64,000 nucleotides of DNA from Candidatus Omnitrophota bacterium (lineage in GTDB: Bacteria; Omnitrophota; Omnitrophia; Omnitrophales; Aquincolibacteriaceae), in assembly GCA_016930235.1 (NCBI GenBank), contig JAFGHI010000047.1, positions 8,534-72,533 of the forward strand, read 5' to 3'. Position numbers and translations under genes: made by a program. Positions 29,571 to 40,696 of this stretch are shown piece by piece. Below the pieces are notes generated by a model. The model was not told where the DNA came from and did not search any database. It saw only the letters and a program-made list of their open reading frames with translations. Every line of letters begins with the position of its first letter. The first letter of the stretch is position 1.

Positions 29571-30126
29571 CACCTTTGAGAAATTTTCTGAGCGCACCTA
29601 GGAACCCTCCCCGTTTTTCGGATTCTTTCTTATCCGCCTTTTCTTTTTCACCTTCAGAAGGCTTCTTATCTTTTTCTGCCTTAAGTTTTTCAAGCTCCGA
29701 GTCATCTTTCTTGGAAGCTGCCTTTTCTTTTTTAAGTTTCTTAGGTTTTTTGGCTTTCTCGGGCATTTGAATTGTTTCTGTAAACTCCAACAAAGCCGTC
29801 TCAGCTCCATCGCCAAGTCGGGAACCGAGCCTTAAAACCCGAGTGTATCCCCCTTGACGGTTCTTAAAGTGCGGCGCAATATCCCGTATCAGGGCTTTCG
29901 CAATTTCAGCGGATCCTAACTTTGCTTCCAGTACACGGCGAGCATGCAAGTCGCCCCGCTTCGCTATCGTCACCATTTGATCTGCAAAAGCGCTCACCTC
30001 TTTCGCTTTGATCATCGTTGTCCGAATTTTTTTATGAAGAACAAGGCTCCGAACCATATTTCGAAGCTTGGCTTTCCTATGTTTTGTCGTGACGCCTAAT
30101 TTCCTACGTACTCGTCTATGCCGCAT
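29557..30126 (-). CDS. rplQ: 50S ribosomal protein L17 with a long C-terminal extension
   Basis: MRHR..RKLG..HRKA, I.TT..KAK, R.GGYTR, GDGA. Confidence 0.97.
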   Translation of the reverse strand: MRHRRVRRKLGVTTKHRKAKLRNMVRSLVLHKKIRTTMIKAKEVSAFADQMVTIAKRGDLHARRVLEAKLGSAEIAKALIRDIAPHFKNRQGGYTRVLRLGSRLGDGAETALLEFTETIQMPEKAKKPKKLKKEKAASKKDDSELEKLKAEKDKKPSEGEKEKADKKESEKRGGFLGALRKFLKGDDQR

Positions 30127-30173
30127 AAATAACCCTTCGATTCCTTTCCTTCAAAATCTTTGCCTTACTTAGC

Positions 30174-31190
30174 TTACGAACTTACAGGGCTCTGTGTCGC
30201 TACCGAAATCGAGCTTTTCCCCTTTAGCCTTTCCTCAATATTCATTCCTAACGAAAGCCCCATGCTTGTTAGAATCCCATTGATTTCAGAGAGTGATTTC
30301 TTGCCGAAATTCTTGTATTTCAGCATCTGAGCTTCATTTTTCTGGACAAGATCTCCAATTGTCTTAATGTTAGCGGCCTCAAGGCAGTTCGCACTTCGAA
30401 CCGATAATTCCAATTCGCTGATTGGTTTGGAAATAAGCTCTTTAAAAGCTTGATCTTCCTCTTCCTCTTCCTCTTCCTCAATCGGAATCTCACCGTAATT
30501 GACAAAGATATCCATGTGCCGCTGCAAAATATTGGAAGCGTAAAGCAACGCCTCCTCCGGCCCCATCGCGCCATTTGTCCACAATTCGACGACTAAACGG
30601 TCATAATCCGTAATTTGTCCAACACGGCTGTCCTGTACGCTAAAATTAACTTTCACAACCGGAGAGAAAAGAGAATCAACAGCAATCGTTCCAATGGGGG
30701 CTCCTTCCTGTTTATTTTTCTCAGCAGAAACGTATCCACGCCCTCGACCAACTTCCATCTCCATTTCAAAGGGAATCTCTTTGGTCAAGTTACAGATAAC
30801 CAAGTCAGGATTGATAATTTCAATTGTTTCATCTGCCTGGATATCGCGCCCCGTAACAGGTCCGGTTTTCTTGACCTTGATAAAGATTTTCTTTGGTCCC
30901 TTCCCGTGATATCGGATAATGAGCTTTTTAATATTCAAAACAATATTCGCTCCATCCTCCAAGACACCCTCTATGCACGAGAATTCATGTAACATCCCCT
31001 CAATTTTTACGGTCGTAACTGCAGCACCCTCAATCGATGATATCAACACACGCCTGAGAGCATTCCCGATTGTTGTCCCATAACCCCTCTCAAAAGGTTC
31101 AGCAATAAATTTACCGAATGTGGGCGTTAATGTCGCCTGCTCGGCCTCCAGCCTCTTTGGCATTTCAAATGTCTTCCAACGAATTCCCAT
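30174..31190 (-). CDS. rpoA: RNA polymerase subunit alpha
   Basis: EPFERGYGTTIGNALRR, LELSVRSANCL, NFGKKS. Confidence 0.98.
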   Translation of the reverse strand: MGIRWKTFEMPKRLEAEQATLTPTFGKFIAEPFERGYGTTIGNALRRVLISSIEGAAVTTVKIEGMLHEFSCIEGVLEDGANIVLNIKKLIIRYHGKGPKKIFIKVKKTGPVTGRDIQADETIEIINPDLVICNLTKEIPFEMEMEVGRGRGYVSAEKNKQEGAPIGTIAVDSLFSPVVKVNFSVQDSRVGQITDYDRLVVELWTNGAMGPEEALLYASNILQRHMDIFVNYGEIPIEEEEEEEEDQAFKELISKPISELELSVRSANCLEAANIKTIGDLVQKNEAQMLKYKNFGKKSLSEINGILTSMGLSLGMNIEERLKGKSSISVATQSPVSS

Positions 31191-31255
31191 TTGTGATTCC
31201 TCCTTAAGAATAAACTCTATTAAAAACTTTGATGTCTTTAACTTTTTTAAAACGG

Positions 31256-31882
31256 CTACTTCGAATACAATTCAACAATCAATGATTCTTCCACAGGAAG
31301 CATAGCATCTGCTTTTGTGGGAAGTCGTAAAATCGTTGCATCTAACTGATCGCGATCGAGTGATAACCATTCCGGTATGGGCAAGTCCGCCCATTTTTCA
31401 AGGCTTGCCTTAACCCGGTTTATCGTGGCTTCCTTCTTCCGGACACTAACCTTATCTCCCGTCTTCACGATATAGGACGGAATGTTAACAGAACACCCAT
31501 TGACATAAATATGCCCATGATTCACCATTTGACGGGCTTCTCGACGCGTCGTGCAAAAAAGCAACCGGTAAACAACATTATCAAGTCTTTGTTCTAACAA
31601 TTGAATCAAATTCTCTCCCGTAACACCCTTCTTACGAACGGCACGACTAAAAAATACTCGAAATTGCCTCTCTAAGAGCCCATAAATCCTCTTCAATTTC
31701 TGCTTTTCACGCAACTGAACACCATAATCCGAAAGTTTCTTCCTTTGTCCGGTTGCATGCATACCGGGTTGCTTATCCAATCTTTTCCGATGCTTTTCAT
31801 CCGTACTGCGGCGTCCTTTCAGAAAAAGGTTTACACCTTCCCGACGTGAAAGCCGACAAACTGGTCCAGTATAACGAGCCAT
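31256..31882 (-). CDS. rpsD: 30S ribosomal protein S4
   Basis: MARYTGP.CR, SDYG.QLREKQK, RLDNVVYR, IVELYSK. Confidence 0.98.
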   Translation of the reverse strand: MARYTGPVCRLSRREGVNLFLKGRRSTDEKHRKRLDKQPGMHATGQRKKLSDYGVQLREKQKLKRIYGLLERQFRVFFSRAVRKKGVTGENLIQLLEQRLDNVVYRLLFCTTRREARQMVNHGHIYVNGCSVNIPSYIVKTGDKVSVRKKEATINRVKASLEKWADLPIPEWLSLDRDQLDATILRLPTKADAMLPVEESLIVELYSK

Positions 31883-31886
31883 AAGA

Positions 31887-32258
31887 CTACACTCTCCTCC
31901 TTTTTGGTGGTCTGCAGCCGTTATGAGGAACCGGCGTACAGTCATGAATCGCATTAATTTGCAATCCCGCCATCTGAAGTGCCCGAATTGCTGATTCACG
32001 GCCTGCTCCAGGCCCTTTGACAACGACTTCCACTTCCTTCATCCCAAATTCTATCGCTTTCTTAGCTGCTTTTTCTGAGGCCACTTGAGCCGCAAAGGGA
32101 GTTGATTTCTTCGATCCTTTGAACCCAGCCGCTCCCGCAGATGACCAACAAATCGCTGCCCCGGTGGGATCCGTCACAGTCACAATGGTATTATTAAAAC
32201 TCGCCGTAATATGTACAACCCCGCGTGCGACTTGTTTTATCTTTTTTTTCTTTGCCAT
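31887..32258 (-). CDS. rpsK: 30S ribosomal protein S11
   Basis: [26 protein letters not shown]. Confidence 0.98.
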   Translation of the reverse strand: MAKKKKIKQVARGVVHITASFNNTIVTVTDPTGAAICWSSAGAAGFKGSKKSTPFAAQVASEKAAKKAIEFGMKEVEVVVKGPGAGRESAIRALQMAGLQINAIHDCTPVPHNGCRPPKRRRV

Positions 32259-32283
32259 TTTTTATCTCCTAAATCAATCAAAA

Positions 32284-32670
32284 TTACTTTGGGGACGGTG
32301 GCTTCTTATTCAATCCGCCGATTGTTCTTCGAGGACCTTTGCGCGTCCTTGAATTTGTATGAGTCCTCTGCCCTCTAACCGGCAGGCCCTTAATATGACG
32401 ACTTCCACGATAACAACGAATATCGACTAACCGTTTGATATTTTGTTGAACATCCCGGCGCAAATCCCCTTCAACTTTAGAACGCTTTTGCAAAACCGTA
32501 GCGATCGTAGAGACTTCTTTTTCTGTCAGATCCTTCGCCCGCTTACCAGGGTCCACTTCCGCTTCAACAAGAATCCTGTTAGATAAAGTCCTCCCAACGC
32601 CATAAAGATAGGTTAAGGCTATCTCAATCCTCTTATCTCTTGGTATATCCACTCCTAAAATACGCGGCAT
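32284..32670 (-). CDS. rpsM: 30S ribosomal protein S13
   Basis: [27 protein letters not shown]. Confidence 0.98.
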   Translation of the reverse strand: MPRILGVDIPRDKRIEIALTYLYGVGRTLSNRILVEAEVDPGKRAKDLTEKEVSTIATVLQKRSKVEGDLRRDVQQNIKRLVDIRCYRGSRHIKGLPVRGQRTHTNSRTRKGPRRTIGGLNKKPPSPK

Positions 32671-32745
32671 ATGATCAACTCCTTAATATGAATTCGTTTC
32701 GCTTCCAAATGCTTTCACGAAACCTGAATAAACAGCTTTATAACT

Positions 32746-32859
32746 CTACCCTTGTCTCTGTTTGTGCTTCGGATTCGTGCAAATTACATACACGATACCT
32801 TTGCGCCGAATGATTTTACAATTCTCACATACTCTTCTAATAGAACTTCGCACTTTCAT
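32746..32859 (-). CDS. rpmJ: 50S ribosomal protein L36 (zinc type)
   Basis: Manual translation [37 protein letters not shown]. Confidence 0.97.
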   Translation of the reverse strand: MKVRSSIRRVCENCKIIRRKGIVYVICTNPKHKQRQG

Positions 32860-32872
32860 TTTTTTATCCTAT

Positions 32873-33091
32873 CTATTTAATACGATATGTAATACGACCC
32901 CGCGTCAAATCATAGGGTGATAGCTCTAGCTTAACTCGATCACCTTTAAGGATTCGGATATAGTGCATTCTCATCTTTCCCGAAACGTGTGCCAACACTT
33001 TATGTCCGTTATCCAGCTCGATCCGAAACATAGCGTTCGGCAAAGGCTCTACAACCGTTCCTTCTACTTCAATCGAGTCTTCCTTTGGCAT
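32873..33091 (-). CDS. infA: Translation initiation factor IF-1
   Basis: [28 protein letters not shown]. Confidence 0.98.
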   Translation of the reverse strand: MPKEDSIEVEGTVVEPLPNAMFRIELDNGHKVLAHVSGKMRMHYIRILKGDRVKLELSPYDLTRGRITYRIK

Positions 33092-33107
33092 CTCATTTAA
33101 ACCTGCT

Positions 33108-33869
33108 TTAAAATTCTTTTCCTAAATCTCCTGTTAAATTCATAAAACCATTTTCTAAAAAAGCTATCGTATCTTCATAATGGGTTGCGTATTTCTTGTC
33201 TTTCGTAACAACCGTCCAGCCGTTTTCCAACACCTCTACATCATAATGCCCTTCGGTCACCATAGGCTCAATAGCAACCACTAGCCCCGGTTCAATTTTT
33301 GGTCCTTGCCCGGGCTTTCCAAAATTCGGGACCTGCGGGTCTTCATGCATTTCCCGACCAATGCCATGGCCAACGTAATTCCTAACAACCTGGTATCCTT
33401 GGGCCTCTACGTAACTTTGTATTGCTGCCGACAAATCACCAATCCGCCAGCCTGGTTGATAATTTTTAAGAGCTTTGGCCAATGCCCCCCTTGCAGAATC
33501 CACAAAACTTTTAATTTTCTGATCGGCGTTGCCAACAACCCACGTTCTGGCAGCATCAGCATGATATCCTTGGAGTCGAACGCCTACATCGAAACTAACA
33601 ATATCTTGATCCTTTATTTCCCGCTCTCCGGGAATCCCATGAACGACCTCCTCATTCAAGGAAATACAAGCCGTTTTGGGGAAGCCGTGATAACCTTTAA
33701 ATGCGGGTTCTCCGCCAGCTTTAAGAATCATTTCTTCTGACATACGGTCTAAGTCATCCGTTGTCATCCCCGACCGCAATGACTTTTCCATTTCTGCGAG
33801 CACTTCCTTAATGATTTCCCCTGCTTCCCGCATAATCCCGATTTCTCGGTCGGATTTCAGCGCAATCAT
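33108..33869 (-). CDS. map: Methionine aminopeptidase type I
   Basis: [32 protein letters not shown]. Confidence 0.97.
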   Translation of the reverse strand: MIALKSDREIGIMREAGEIIKEVLAEMEKSLRSGMTTDDLDRMSEEMILKAGGEPAFKGYHGFPKTACISLNEEVVHGIPGEREIKDQDIVSFDVGVRLQGYHADAARTWVVGNADQKIKSFVDSARGALAKALKNYQPGWRIGDLSAAIQSYVEAQGYQVVRNYVGHGIGREMHEDPQVPNFGKPGQGPKIEPGLVVAIEPMVTEGHYDVEVLENGWTVVTKDKKYATHYEDTIAFLENGFMNLTGDLGKEF

Positions 33870-34525
33870 ACCCGTATCTTAATTTTGTCAAAAAGCTCTT
33901 TGATGCTCTTCTGAACTTCTGTAACGCCTTCTTCTCCTGCAATATTATAAAGCCAACCTTTTTTTGAATAATACACAACGAGCGGCTTGGTCTCTTTCTC
34001 ATAGGTAACCAAGCGATGTTTGATCGTCTCCGGCTGATCATCCTTTCTCTGCGTTAAAGGCTTCCCGCAAAGATCACATATTCCTTCTTTCTTCGGCGGA
34101 ATATTACGGATATGATAATTACCGCCGCAATCTACGCATACCCGCCTGCCTGATAAACGATCTACAATCACATCTTCGGAAGCAATAAAATTTATAACTC
34201 CGTCCAATTTTGTTTTTTCTTTCAAAAGGAATTTATCAAAGGCCTCGGCTTGCCCCAATGTTCTGGGATATCCATCAAGGATAAACCCTTTTTCAACCCC
34301 CGAAGTCCTAATCGTCTCAAACATCATGGCGTTAACCAACTCATCGGGGACAAGGCCCCCTTTTTCGATAATATCCTTCGCCTGCATTCCGAGTTTCGTT
34401 TTTTCCCGAATGTGCTGTCTCAAGATATCCCCCGTTGCGAGGTGCGGAACCTTCATGCTCTCACTCAAAATCTTAGCATGCGTCCCTTTTCCAACACCTG
34501 GAGGTCCTAAAAATACTAATTTCAT
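33866..34525 (-). CDS. adk: Adenylate kinase (zinc LID)
   Basis: GPPGVGKGT, GFILDGYPR, CxxC..CxxC lid, RKDD. Confidence 0.98.
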   Translation of the reverse strand: MKLVFLGPPGVGKGTHAKILSESMKVPHLATGDILRQHIREKTKLGMQAKDIIEKGGLVPDELVNAMMFETIRTSGVEKGFILDGYPRTLGQAEAFDKFLLKEKTKLDGVINFIASEDVIVDRLSGRRVCVDCGGNYHIRNIPPKKEGICDLCGKPLTQRKDDQPETIKHRLVTYEKETKPLVVYYSKKGWLYNIAGEEGVTEVQKSIKELFDKIKIRV

Positions 34526-34526
34526 T

Positions 34527-35882
34527 TTACCTTCTAGATTTTAACTTCCCTTTTTTAATAAAACCTTCATAGTGGCGCATCAATAACTGAGATTCGATTT
34601 GCTGCATAGTATCCAAAACCACACCTACAATAATCAGCAAACCTGTTCCTCCGAAGAAGCTAGCAATCAAAAACGGAATATTCAAAACTTTTGGTGACGA
34701 AATAATGCTCGGCAACAACGCAATAATCGCTAAAAAAATAGCGCCGCTCGCAGCAATCCTCGTCATAATGTAATCCAAATATTCAGCCGTATTCTTGCCA
34801 GGCCTGATCCCTGGAACAAAACCACCATACTTCTGAAGATTTTCACTAACATCAATCGGATTGAACGTAATCGCTGTGTAAAAGAACGTAAAAAACAAAA
34901 TTAATAGCGCATAAATAATGGAATACGTTATCGTTCCCATCGTTAAATGCCGCGCAACGGATGTCAAAGCCCCCGCGTCCGGGAAAAAACCCGCAATCGT
35001 TGCCGGAAACAAAATCACCGATTGAGCAAAGATAATTGGAATAACACCCGCTTGGTTAACCTTAAGCGGTAAATAGGTACTCTGCCCTCCATACATCCGA
35101 TGCCCGCGAATTTGCCTGGCGTATTGGACAGGAATCTTTCGCTGGCCCTGAGTAATTAAAATCACACTTACAACCGTAATCACAAAAAGAGCACACATAA
35201 GTCCAAATTTCCACCAAGACAACTGCTGTCGCGCTAAATCAAACGGCGAAAGAAGAATCCAAGTCTGCCATAAAGCTGTAGGCAACGACGCAATAATTCC
35301 TGAAGTAATGATAATGGACATCCCATTACCAATCCCGTATTGATCAATCTGCTCACCCAGCCACATGATAAACGCTGTTCCTGTCGTTAAGGTTAGCATT
35401 GTCATCAATCGGAATCCCCAGCCGGGATCCGGCACAATCACCGTCCCGTTAAAAGCGTTAGGGTTTTCCAACCACAAAGAAATGAAGAAAGTTTGAATAA
35501 TACTCAAGATTACCGTCCCATAGCGGGTATACTGAATAATCTTTTTTCTTCCCTCTTCTCCTTCTTTTGCCAGTTTTTCCAGATGGGGTATCACCACTGT
35601 TAACAACTGCAAAATAATCGAGGCGGAGATATAAGGCATAATTCCTAATGCGAAAATGGTTGCCTTTTCTAAAGCTCCCCCCGAGAACATTCCCATAATG
35701 CCAAAGAGCGTCCCACCCGGAGTTCTTGAAATACTTTCGAAGAACCTCGCCAACGCCATTCCGTCAATCCCCGGCGTTGGGATATATGCTCCGACCCGGT
35801 AGATAAAAATAATGAGCAACGTAAAAAGAACTTTTGATCTTAATTCTGGAACTTTAAAAATGTTCCCAAAGGCTTGAAACAT
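34527..35882 (-). CDS. secY: Preprotein translocase SecY
   Basis: ALGIMPYISASI, WLGEQI..YGIGNG, AGVIPIIFA, PGIRPG, GGTGLLI; start is either ATG 35882 or TTG 35897. Confidence 0.98.
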   Translation of the reverse strand: MFQAFGNIFKVPELRSKVLFTLLIIFIYRVGAYIPTPGIDGMALARFFESISRTPGGTLFGIMGMFSGGALEKATIFALGIMPYISASIILQLLTVVIPHLEKLAKEGEEGRKKIIQYTRYGTVILSIIQTFFISLWLENPNAFNGTVIVPDPGWGFRLMTMLTLTTGTAFIMWLGEQIDQYGIGNGMSIIITSGIIASLPTALWQTWILLSPFDLARQQLSWWKFGLMCALFVITVVSVILITQGQRKIPVQYARQIRGHRMYGGQSTYLPLKVNQAGVIPIIFAQSVILFPATIAGFFPDAGALTSVARHLTMGTITYSIIYALLILFFTFFYTAITFNPIDVSENLQKYGGFVPGIRPGKNTAEYLDYIMTRIAASGAIFLAIIALLPSIISSPKVLNIPFLIASFFGGTGLLIIVGVVLDTMQQIESQLLMRHYEGFIKKGKLKSRR

Positions 35883-35893
35883 ATGGCCTTTCG

Positions 35894-36319
35894 TCAAATA
35901 ATGACTGCTTGTCCACCGGCCTTTTCGATCTTTTCTTTTGCAGATTGGCTGAACCGATGGGCTTTCACAGTCATGGGTTTACTGATTTCACCTTCTCCTA
36001 AAACTTTGAGTTTTGCCTTTTCGTTTTTAACAAGGCCTTTCTCAAAAAGTATTTCCGGAGAAATCTCGTTTTCTTTTAAACTTGCAATTCTTGATAAATT
36101 AACGACATTAAAATCGCTGCGGAAAGCATCATGATTAAACCCGCGCTTTGGCAAACGTCGATAAAGAGGATTTTGTCCACCTTCAAACCCTGGCCGGAAA
36201 GAGTATCCGGAACGTGATCTCTGACCTTTATGCCCTTTTGTCGATGTCTTTCCATGCCCGGAACCTGTCCCGCAGCCTAATCTTTTTCTTCTCTTCTTAT
36301 AAGGAAATTTCGCTCTCAT
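35894..36319 (-). CDS. rplO: 50S ribosomal protein L15
   Basis: [32 protein letters not shown]. Confidence 0.97.
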   Translation of the reverse strand: MRAKFPYKKRRKRLGCGTGSGHGKTSTKGHKGQRSRSGYSFRPGFEGGQNPLYRRLPKRGFNHDAFRSDFNVVNLSRIASLKENEISPEILFEKGLVKNEKAKLKVLGEGEISKPMTVKAHRFSQSAKEKIEKAGGQAVII

Positions 36320-36963
36320 GATTGATCAACTTCTTCCTCTTCTTCATGACGGATTTGAGAGTCCACTAATTCTTTCAGCCCTTCAATAGTGGCCTTTAAA
36401 ACATTCACAGAATTATCACTCCCTAAACTCTTTGTTAGGATATCCTTAATGCCTGCCGACTCGCAAACTGCGCGAACTGCTCCTCCCGCAATCACACCTG
36501 TCCCAGGCGAGGCGGGTTTGAGCAAAACTTTCGCTGCCCCATATTTTCCGATAACTTCATGAGGGATTGTTGTCCCCTTTAAAGTGACTGAAAACTTTCT
36601 TTTCTGAGCGAGAATCACGGCTTTGCGAATCGAGTCAGCAACTTCATTAGCTTTCCCGATGGCAAAACCAATTTCGCCGGCACCGTTTCCGACCACAACT
36701 AATGAACTAAAATGAAACCTTCGCCCCCCTTTGACAACCTTGGCACAGCGATTCACTTGGATAACTTTTTCGTAATTAATGGTTTCCACCGATTCTTTTA
36801 CGGCTTGAGCCGTCTTTTCTACTCGGGCTTCTTGCTGACCACGAGACACCTGGGCTTTATCAGATTTTTTCTTGTCCTGAACAGCTTCGGTAGACACCGC
36901 TTCTCCTCCAGCCTCTGACATTTGTTTTGTCTCTTTCAAATCCCCATCTCCTTTTTCTTGCAT
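36316..36963 (-). CDS. rpsE: 30S ribosomal protein S5 (N-terminal extension)
   Basis: [26 protein letters not shown]. Confidence 0.97.
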   Translation of the reverse strand: MQEKGDGDLKETKQMSEAGGEAVSTEAVQDKKKSDKAQVSRGQQEARVEKTAQAVKESVETINYEKVIQVNRCAKVVKGGRRFHFSSLVVVGNGAGEIGFAIGKANEVADSIRKAVILAQKRKFSVTLKGTTIPHEVIGKYGAAKVLLKPASPGTGVIAGGAVRAVCESAGIKDILTKSLGSDNSVNVLKATIEGLKELVDSQIRHEEEEEVDQS

Positions 36964-37328
36964 TAGAATCTCAGCCCCCCTTGACGCAAAGACTCGGCTA
37001 AAGCTCGAATGCGGCCATGATATTGATAACCACCTCTGTCAAAAGCCACTTTTTCGACCCCTTTTTTCTTAAGTTTTTCTGCGAAATACTGGCCCATTTT
37101 CTCAGCTTTCGCTGTTTTGCTTGCCTTACCACACGATTTGACGAATTCCTTATCTTGAGTCGAAAAAGAATAAATCGTTCTCTCATTCAAATCATCCACA
37201 ACTTGAACATACAAATTTTTCGAAGAACGATGAACACAAAGGCGGGGTCTTTCCGGAGTCCCCTGCATTTTCTTCCTTATTCTCCCATGCCTTTTTTTTC
37301 TTCCCAGTTCTTTAGTCTCCATACTCAA
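36963..37328 (-). CDS. rplR: 50S ribosomal protein L18
   Basis: [21 protein letters not shown]. Confidence 0.97.
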   Translation of the reverse strand: MSMETKELGRKKRHGRIRKKMQGTPERPRLCVHRSSKNLYVQVVDDLNERTIYSFSTQDKEFVKSCGKASKTAKAEKMGQYFAEKLKKKGVEKVAFDRGGYQYHGRIRALAESLRQGGLRF

Positions 37329-37350
37329 TCAATCCTCAATTCCTAACAAA

Positions 37351-37887
37351 TTAACCTACTTTTTTGCCTTGTTTGCGCCGGATTTGTTCGCCAACGTAAT
37401 GAATACCTTTCCCCTTATACGGTTCAGGGGGGTGGAACCCTCTGACATCGGCCGCAACCTGCCCCACTTTTTGCTTATCTAATCCTGTAACAGAAACACG
37501 CGTCGGATTAGGGCACTTGACTTCAATGCCTTCCGGAATTGCGTAGTCCACAGCATGGGTATAGCCAAGTTGAAGGCTTAAGACTTTCCCTTTCACTTGA
37601 GCCTTATAACCGACTCCAACAATCTCCAGCTCTTTGATATATCCCTGCGTCACACCTTTAACGATATTTTGGATGAGACTCCGAGTTAGACCATGAAGAG
37701 CCCGATCCGTCCGAATATTGGTTGGCCGAACCACTTTTATTTCACTCGCTTCTACGCTAACTTTAATTCGCGGGTGAATATCAAGCTCGGATTTCCCCTT
37801 CGGCCCCTGGATCTTAACTTTTCGGCCCGTCTGCTCAACTTTAACACCGCTTGGTATAGCAACCGGTTTATTTCCTATCCGTGACAT
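37351..37887 (-). CDS. rplF: 50S ribosomal protein L6
   Basis: MSRIG.KP, GVGYKA, PEPYKGKG. Confidence 0.98.
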   Translation of the reverse strand: MSRIGNKPVAIPSGVKVEQTGRKVKIQGPKGKSELDIHPRIKVSVEASEIKVVRPTNIRTDRALHGLTRSLIQNIVKGVTQGYIKELEIVGVGYKAQVKGKVLSLQLGYTHAVDYAIPEGIEVKCPNPTRVSVTGLDKQKVGQVAADVRGFHPPEPYKGKGIHYVGEQIRRKQGKKVG

Positions 37888-37908
37888 AAATATCCCTCGT
37901 AAGAATAA

Positions 37909-38307
37909 TTACCAAACACAACAGATCAATTCACCGCCCGCTTTTTCTTTGCGAGCAGAGCGACCAACCATCAAACCTTTGGAGGTCGAAACAATCGCAA
38001 CTCCAAGTCCGCCCCGAACTTTCGGGATACTCTCGTAACCCACATAAGACCGCAGCCCAGGTTTTGAAATCCTGCGGATCCCTTGAATCGCAGGCCTTCC
38101 GCCTTTGACATACTTCAAATGAATACGGGCAAATCGCTTATTCCCTTCTGAAAACACTTTGACGCTTCGAATGAAACCTTCATCTTTTAAAATTTCAGCG
38201 ATCCTAATGGTCATATTGGAAGCCGGTAAAGTGATTTTATCTTTACGCGCTTTTGACGCATTTCGTATAACTGTTAAAAAATCAGCTGCAAAATCTGTAA
38301 TCGGCAT
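37909..38307 (-). CDS. rpsH: 30S ribosomal protein S8
   Basis: D..ADFLT.IRN, ISKPGLR.Y, STSKG, GGE. Confidence 0.98.
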   Translation of the reverse strand: MPITDFAADFLTVIRNASKARKDKITLPASNMTIRIAEILKDEGFIRSVKVFSEGNKRFARIHLKYVKGGRPAIQGIRRISKPGLRSYVGYESIPKVRGGLGVAIVSTSKGLMVGRSARKEKAGGELICCVW

Positions 38308-38330
38308 TTTCGTCTCCTAAATATTCCGCC

Positions 38331-38516
38331 TTACCAACTGGATTTGACCACTCCAGGGATCAATCCTTCATGGGCTAACTCACGAAAACAAATCCGGCAA
38401 AGTGCAAATTTCCGAATATACCCCCGGGGCCGGCCACAACGTTGGCAACGATGGTATTTTCTTACTTTAAATTTCGGCTCACGTCTTTGTTTTACGATTA
38501 AACACTCTTTTGCCAT
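38331..38516 (-). CDS. rpsN: 30S ribosomal protein S14 type Z
   Basis: [23 protein letters not shown]; 61 aa. Confidence 0.97.
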   Translation of the reverse strand: MAKECLIVKQRREPKFKVRKYHRCQRCGRPRGYIRKFALCRICFRELAHEGLIPGVVKSSW

Positions 38517-38531
38517 AATTCCTCTGCTTGT

Positions 38532-39095
38532 TTAGCTCTTTTTGAATGGAAAACCCAACAGCTCCAGGAGCCTTTTTGCTTCTTCATTGGTCTTCGCATT
38601 CGTTACAATCGTAATATCCATTCCCTTGATTTTTTTGACTTCATCATACTTAATCTCAGGAAAAATCGTTTGCTCCTGAATCCCAAGCGAATAATTCCCT
38701 CGACCGTCAAAACTATTGTCAGAATAACCGCGAAAATCCCTAATTCGGGGCATAGCAATATTAAAAAGACGGTCTAAAAACTCATACATTCGCATACCTC
38801 GCAAAGTGACTTTTAATCCAATGGGAGACCCTTGCCTTAATTTGAAAGCTGAAATAGATTTCTTTGCCCGAATCGTAATCGGTTTTTGTCCCGTAATAGC
38901 TCCCAGTTCATCACTAAAACGCTCGAGCAACTTGATATCTTCCTGCCCTTCCTTAGCTCCAATATTGATAATAACTTTCTCTATTTTCGGTACCTGCATA
39001 AAATTCTTATATTGAAACTCACTCATGAGAGTTTTTTTAATCTCTTTGTGATATTTGTCTTGTAGGCGCGGCGCGGTTATTGTCTGTGTCGCCAT
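38532..39095 (-). CDS. rplE: 50S ribosomal protein L5
   Basis: [25 protein letters not shown]. Confidence 0.98.
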   Translation of the reverse strand: MATQTITAPRLQDKYHKEIKKTLMSEFQYKNFMQVPKIEKVIINIGAKEGQEDIKLLERFSDELGAITGQKPITIRAKKSISAFKLRQGSPIGLKVTLRGMRMYEFLDRLFNIAMPRIRDFRGYSDNSFDGRGNYSLGIQEQTIFPEIKYDEVKKIKGMDITIVTNAKTNEEAKRLLELLGFPFKKS

Positions 39096-39096
39096 C

Positions 39097-39417
39097 TTAT
39101 TCACCTATAATTTCTCCGGATTTTTTGGCAATCCGATGCCGCGTTCCATCCGCAAGAATGCTTCTCCCTACACGCGTTGGTTTCGCAGACCGAGGATCAA
39201 TCAGCATAACATTGGATGAATTAATTTTCCCCTCCACCTTAGCAATTCCCCCTTGAGGATTTTGCTGGCTTCGGCGAAGATAAACTGTCCGATAATTAAT
39301 CTTCTCGATCAGAACTTCGTTTGATTTCGGGTACACTTTCATCACGCGACCTCTTTTCCCACGGTCTTTACCCGAAATAACCACAACTTGGTCGCCTTTT
39401 TTAATCCGCATTTTCAC
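39097..39417 (-). CDS. rplX: 50S ribosomal protein L24
   Basis: [20 protein letters not shown]. Confidence 0.97.
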   Translation of the reverse strand: MKMRIKKGDQVVVISGKDRGKRGRVMKVYPKSNEVLIEKINYRTVYLRRSQQNPQGGIAKVEGKINSSNVMLIDPRSAKPTRVGRSILADGTRHRIAKKSGEIIGE

Positions 39418-39418
39418 G

Positions 39419-39787
39419 TTAAACCACCTCAGGTGCTAATGAAAGAATCTTAATAAATGCCTTGTCCCGCAGTTCCCTGGCAACGGGCCCGAAAATTCGC
39501 GTCCCTCGAGGGTTCTTCTGGTTATCAATCAAAACAATAGCATTGGAAGAGAACTTCACCATCGAGCCATCTTTCCTACGAATGGGAGAGCGGGTCCTTA
39601 CAACCACCGCTTTAACAACGTCGCCCTTTTTGACTCCACCTTCAGGAATTGCCTCCTTGATCGAAGCCGTAACAATATCGCCGACCTCAGCAATGCGTTT
39701 CCCGTGTCGCCCAAGCACACCAATAACAGCCGCTCTTTTGGCGCCACTATTATCCGCTATCTCCATAATACTGCGCATCTGAATCAT
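39419..39787 (-). CDS. rplN: 50S ribosomal protein L14
   Basis: [28 protein letters not shown]. Confidence 0.98.
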   Translation of the reverse strand: MIQMRSIMEIADNSGAKRAAVIGVLGRHGKRIAEVGDIVTASIKEAIPEGGVKKGDVVKAVVVRTRSPIRRKDGSMVKFSSNAIVLIDNQKNPRGTRIFGPVARELRDKAFIKILSLAPEVV

Positions 39788-40044
39788 TTCGTTAGCACCT
39801 TCACTAACCTCCATCTTTTTGTCTTTGACAGAGGTCTTGTTTCGACAATTTGAACTTTATCTCCCAGCTTGGCTTCATTTTTTTCGTCATGCACCGCATA
39901 TTTGATCTTTCGACGAATCACTTTCTTAAACTGGGGGTGCTGCATAAGTCGAGTTACTTCTACAGAAATGGTCTTGTCACGTTTGTCGCTGACCACAAAC
40001 CCTTCTCGCGTGCGACCTTTTCGGACTGCAGTTTCTGTGTTCAC
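39784..40044 (-). CDS. rpsQ: 30S ribosomal protein S17
   Basis: [22 protein letters not shown]. Confidence 0.98.
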   Translation of the reverse strand: MNTETAVRKGRTREGFVVSDKRDKTISVEVTRLMQHPQFKKVIRRKIKYAVHDEKNEAKLGDKVQIVETRPLSKTKRWRLVKVLTK

Positions 40045-40250
40045 TTTTTAACCTCATCTGTTTGATATTTTTCATTCATCACTGTTAGTATCCGAGCAAT
40101 GTCCTTGCGCGTTTCACGAAGTGCCGATTGACGCTCTAATTTTCCAGTTTTCTGCTGAAACCGGAACTGCATCAAATCTTTTTTCATTTTATCCGCTTTG
40201 TCTTTAAGCTCATCGACACTTAAGTGACGAAGTTCTTCGATCTTTAGCAT
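40041..40250 (-). CDS. rpmC: 50S ribosomal protein L29
   Basis: [16 protein letters not shown]. Confidence 0.96.
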   Translation of the reverse strand: MLKIEELRHLSVDELKDKADKMKKDLMQFRFQQKTGKLERQSALRETRKDIARILTVMNEKYQTDEVKK

Positions 40251-40255
40251 ATTCT

Positions 40256-40672
40256 TTAAGCTCCAACCCGCTTGACAAACTTTGTTCGGAAAGGCAACTT
40301 ATGCGAACAAAGTCTCATCGCTGATTTTGCCATAATTTCTGGAATTCCACCCATTTCAAAAATGATTCTTCCCGGCTTTACAACAGCTACATAATACTCC
40401 GGCGCACCTTTGCCTTTCCCCATACGGGTTTCAGCGGGCTTCTTGCTATACGCCTTATCCGGAAAAATTCTAAGCCAAATTTTTCCTCCGCGCTTAACGT
40501 GACGAGTTAAAGCAACGCGGGCAGCTTCCAATTGAATAGCTGTGAGCCATCCACAATCGAGCGATTTTAACCCATAATCCCCGAAGGCGAGTTCATTCCC
40601 TCGCGTTGCAACTCCGCTCATCCAACCGCGGTGCTGCTTCCTAAATTTGACTCTTTTTGGCATCATCGGCAT
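40256..40672 (-). CDS. rplP: 50S ribosomal protein L16
   Basis: [20 protein letters not shown]. Confidence 0.98.
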   Translation of the reverse strand: MPMMPKRVKFRKQHRGWMSGVATRGNELAFGDYGLKSLDCGWLTAIQLEAARVALTRHVKRGGKIWLRIFPDKAYSKKPAETRMGKGKGAPEYYVAVVKPGRIIFEMGGIPEIMAKSAMRLCSHKLPFRTKFVKRVGA

Positions 40673-40696
40673 AACGTTATTCCCTTAATCCCATTC

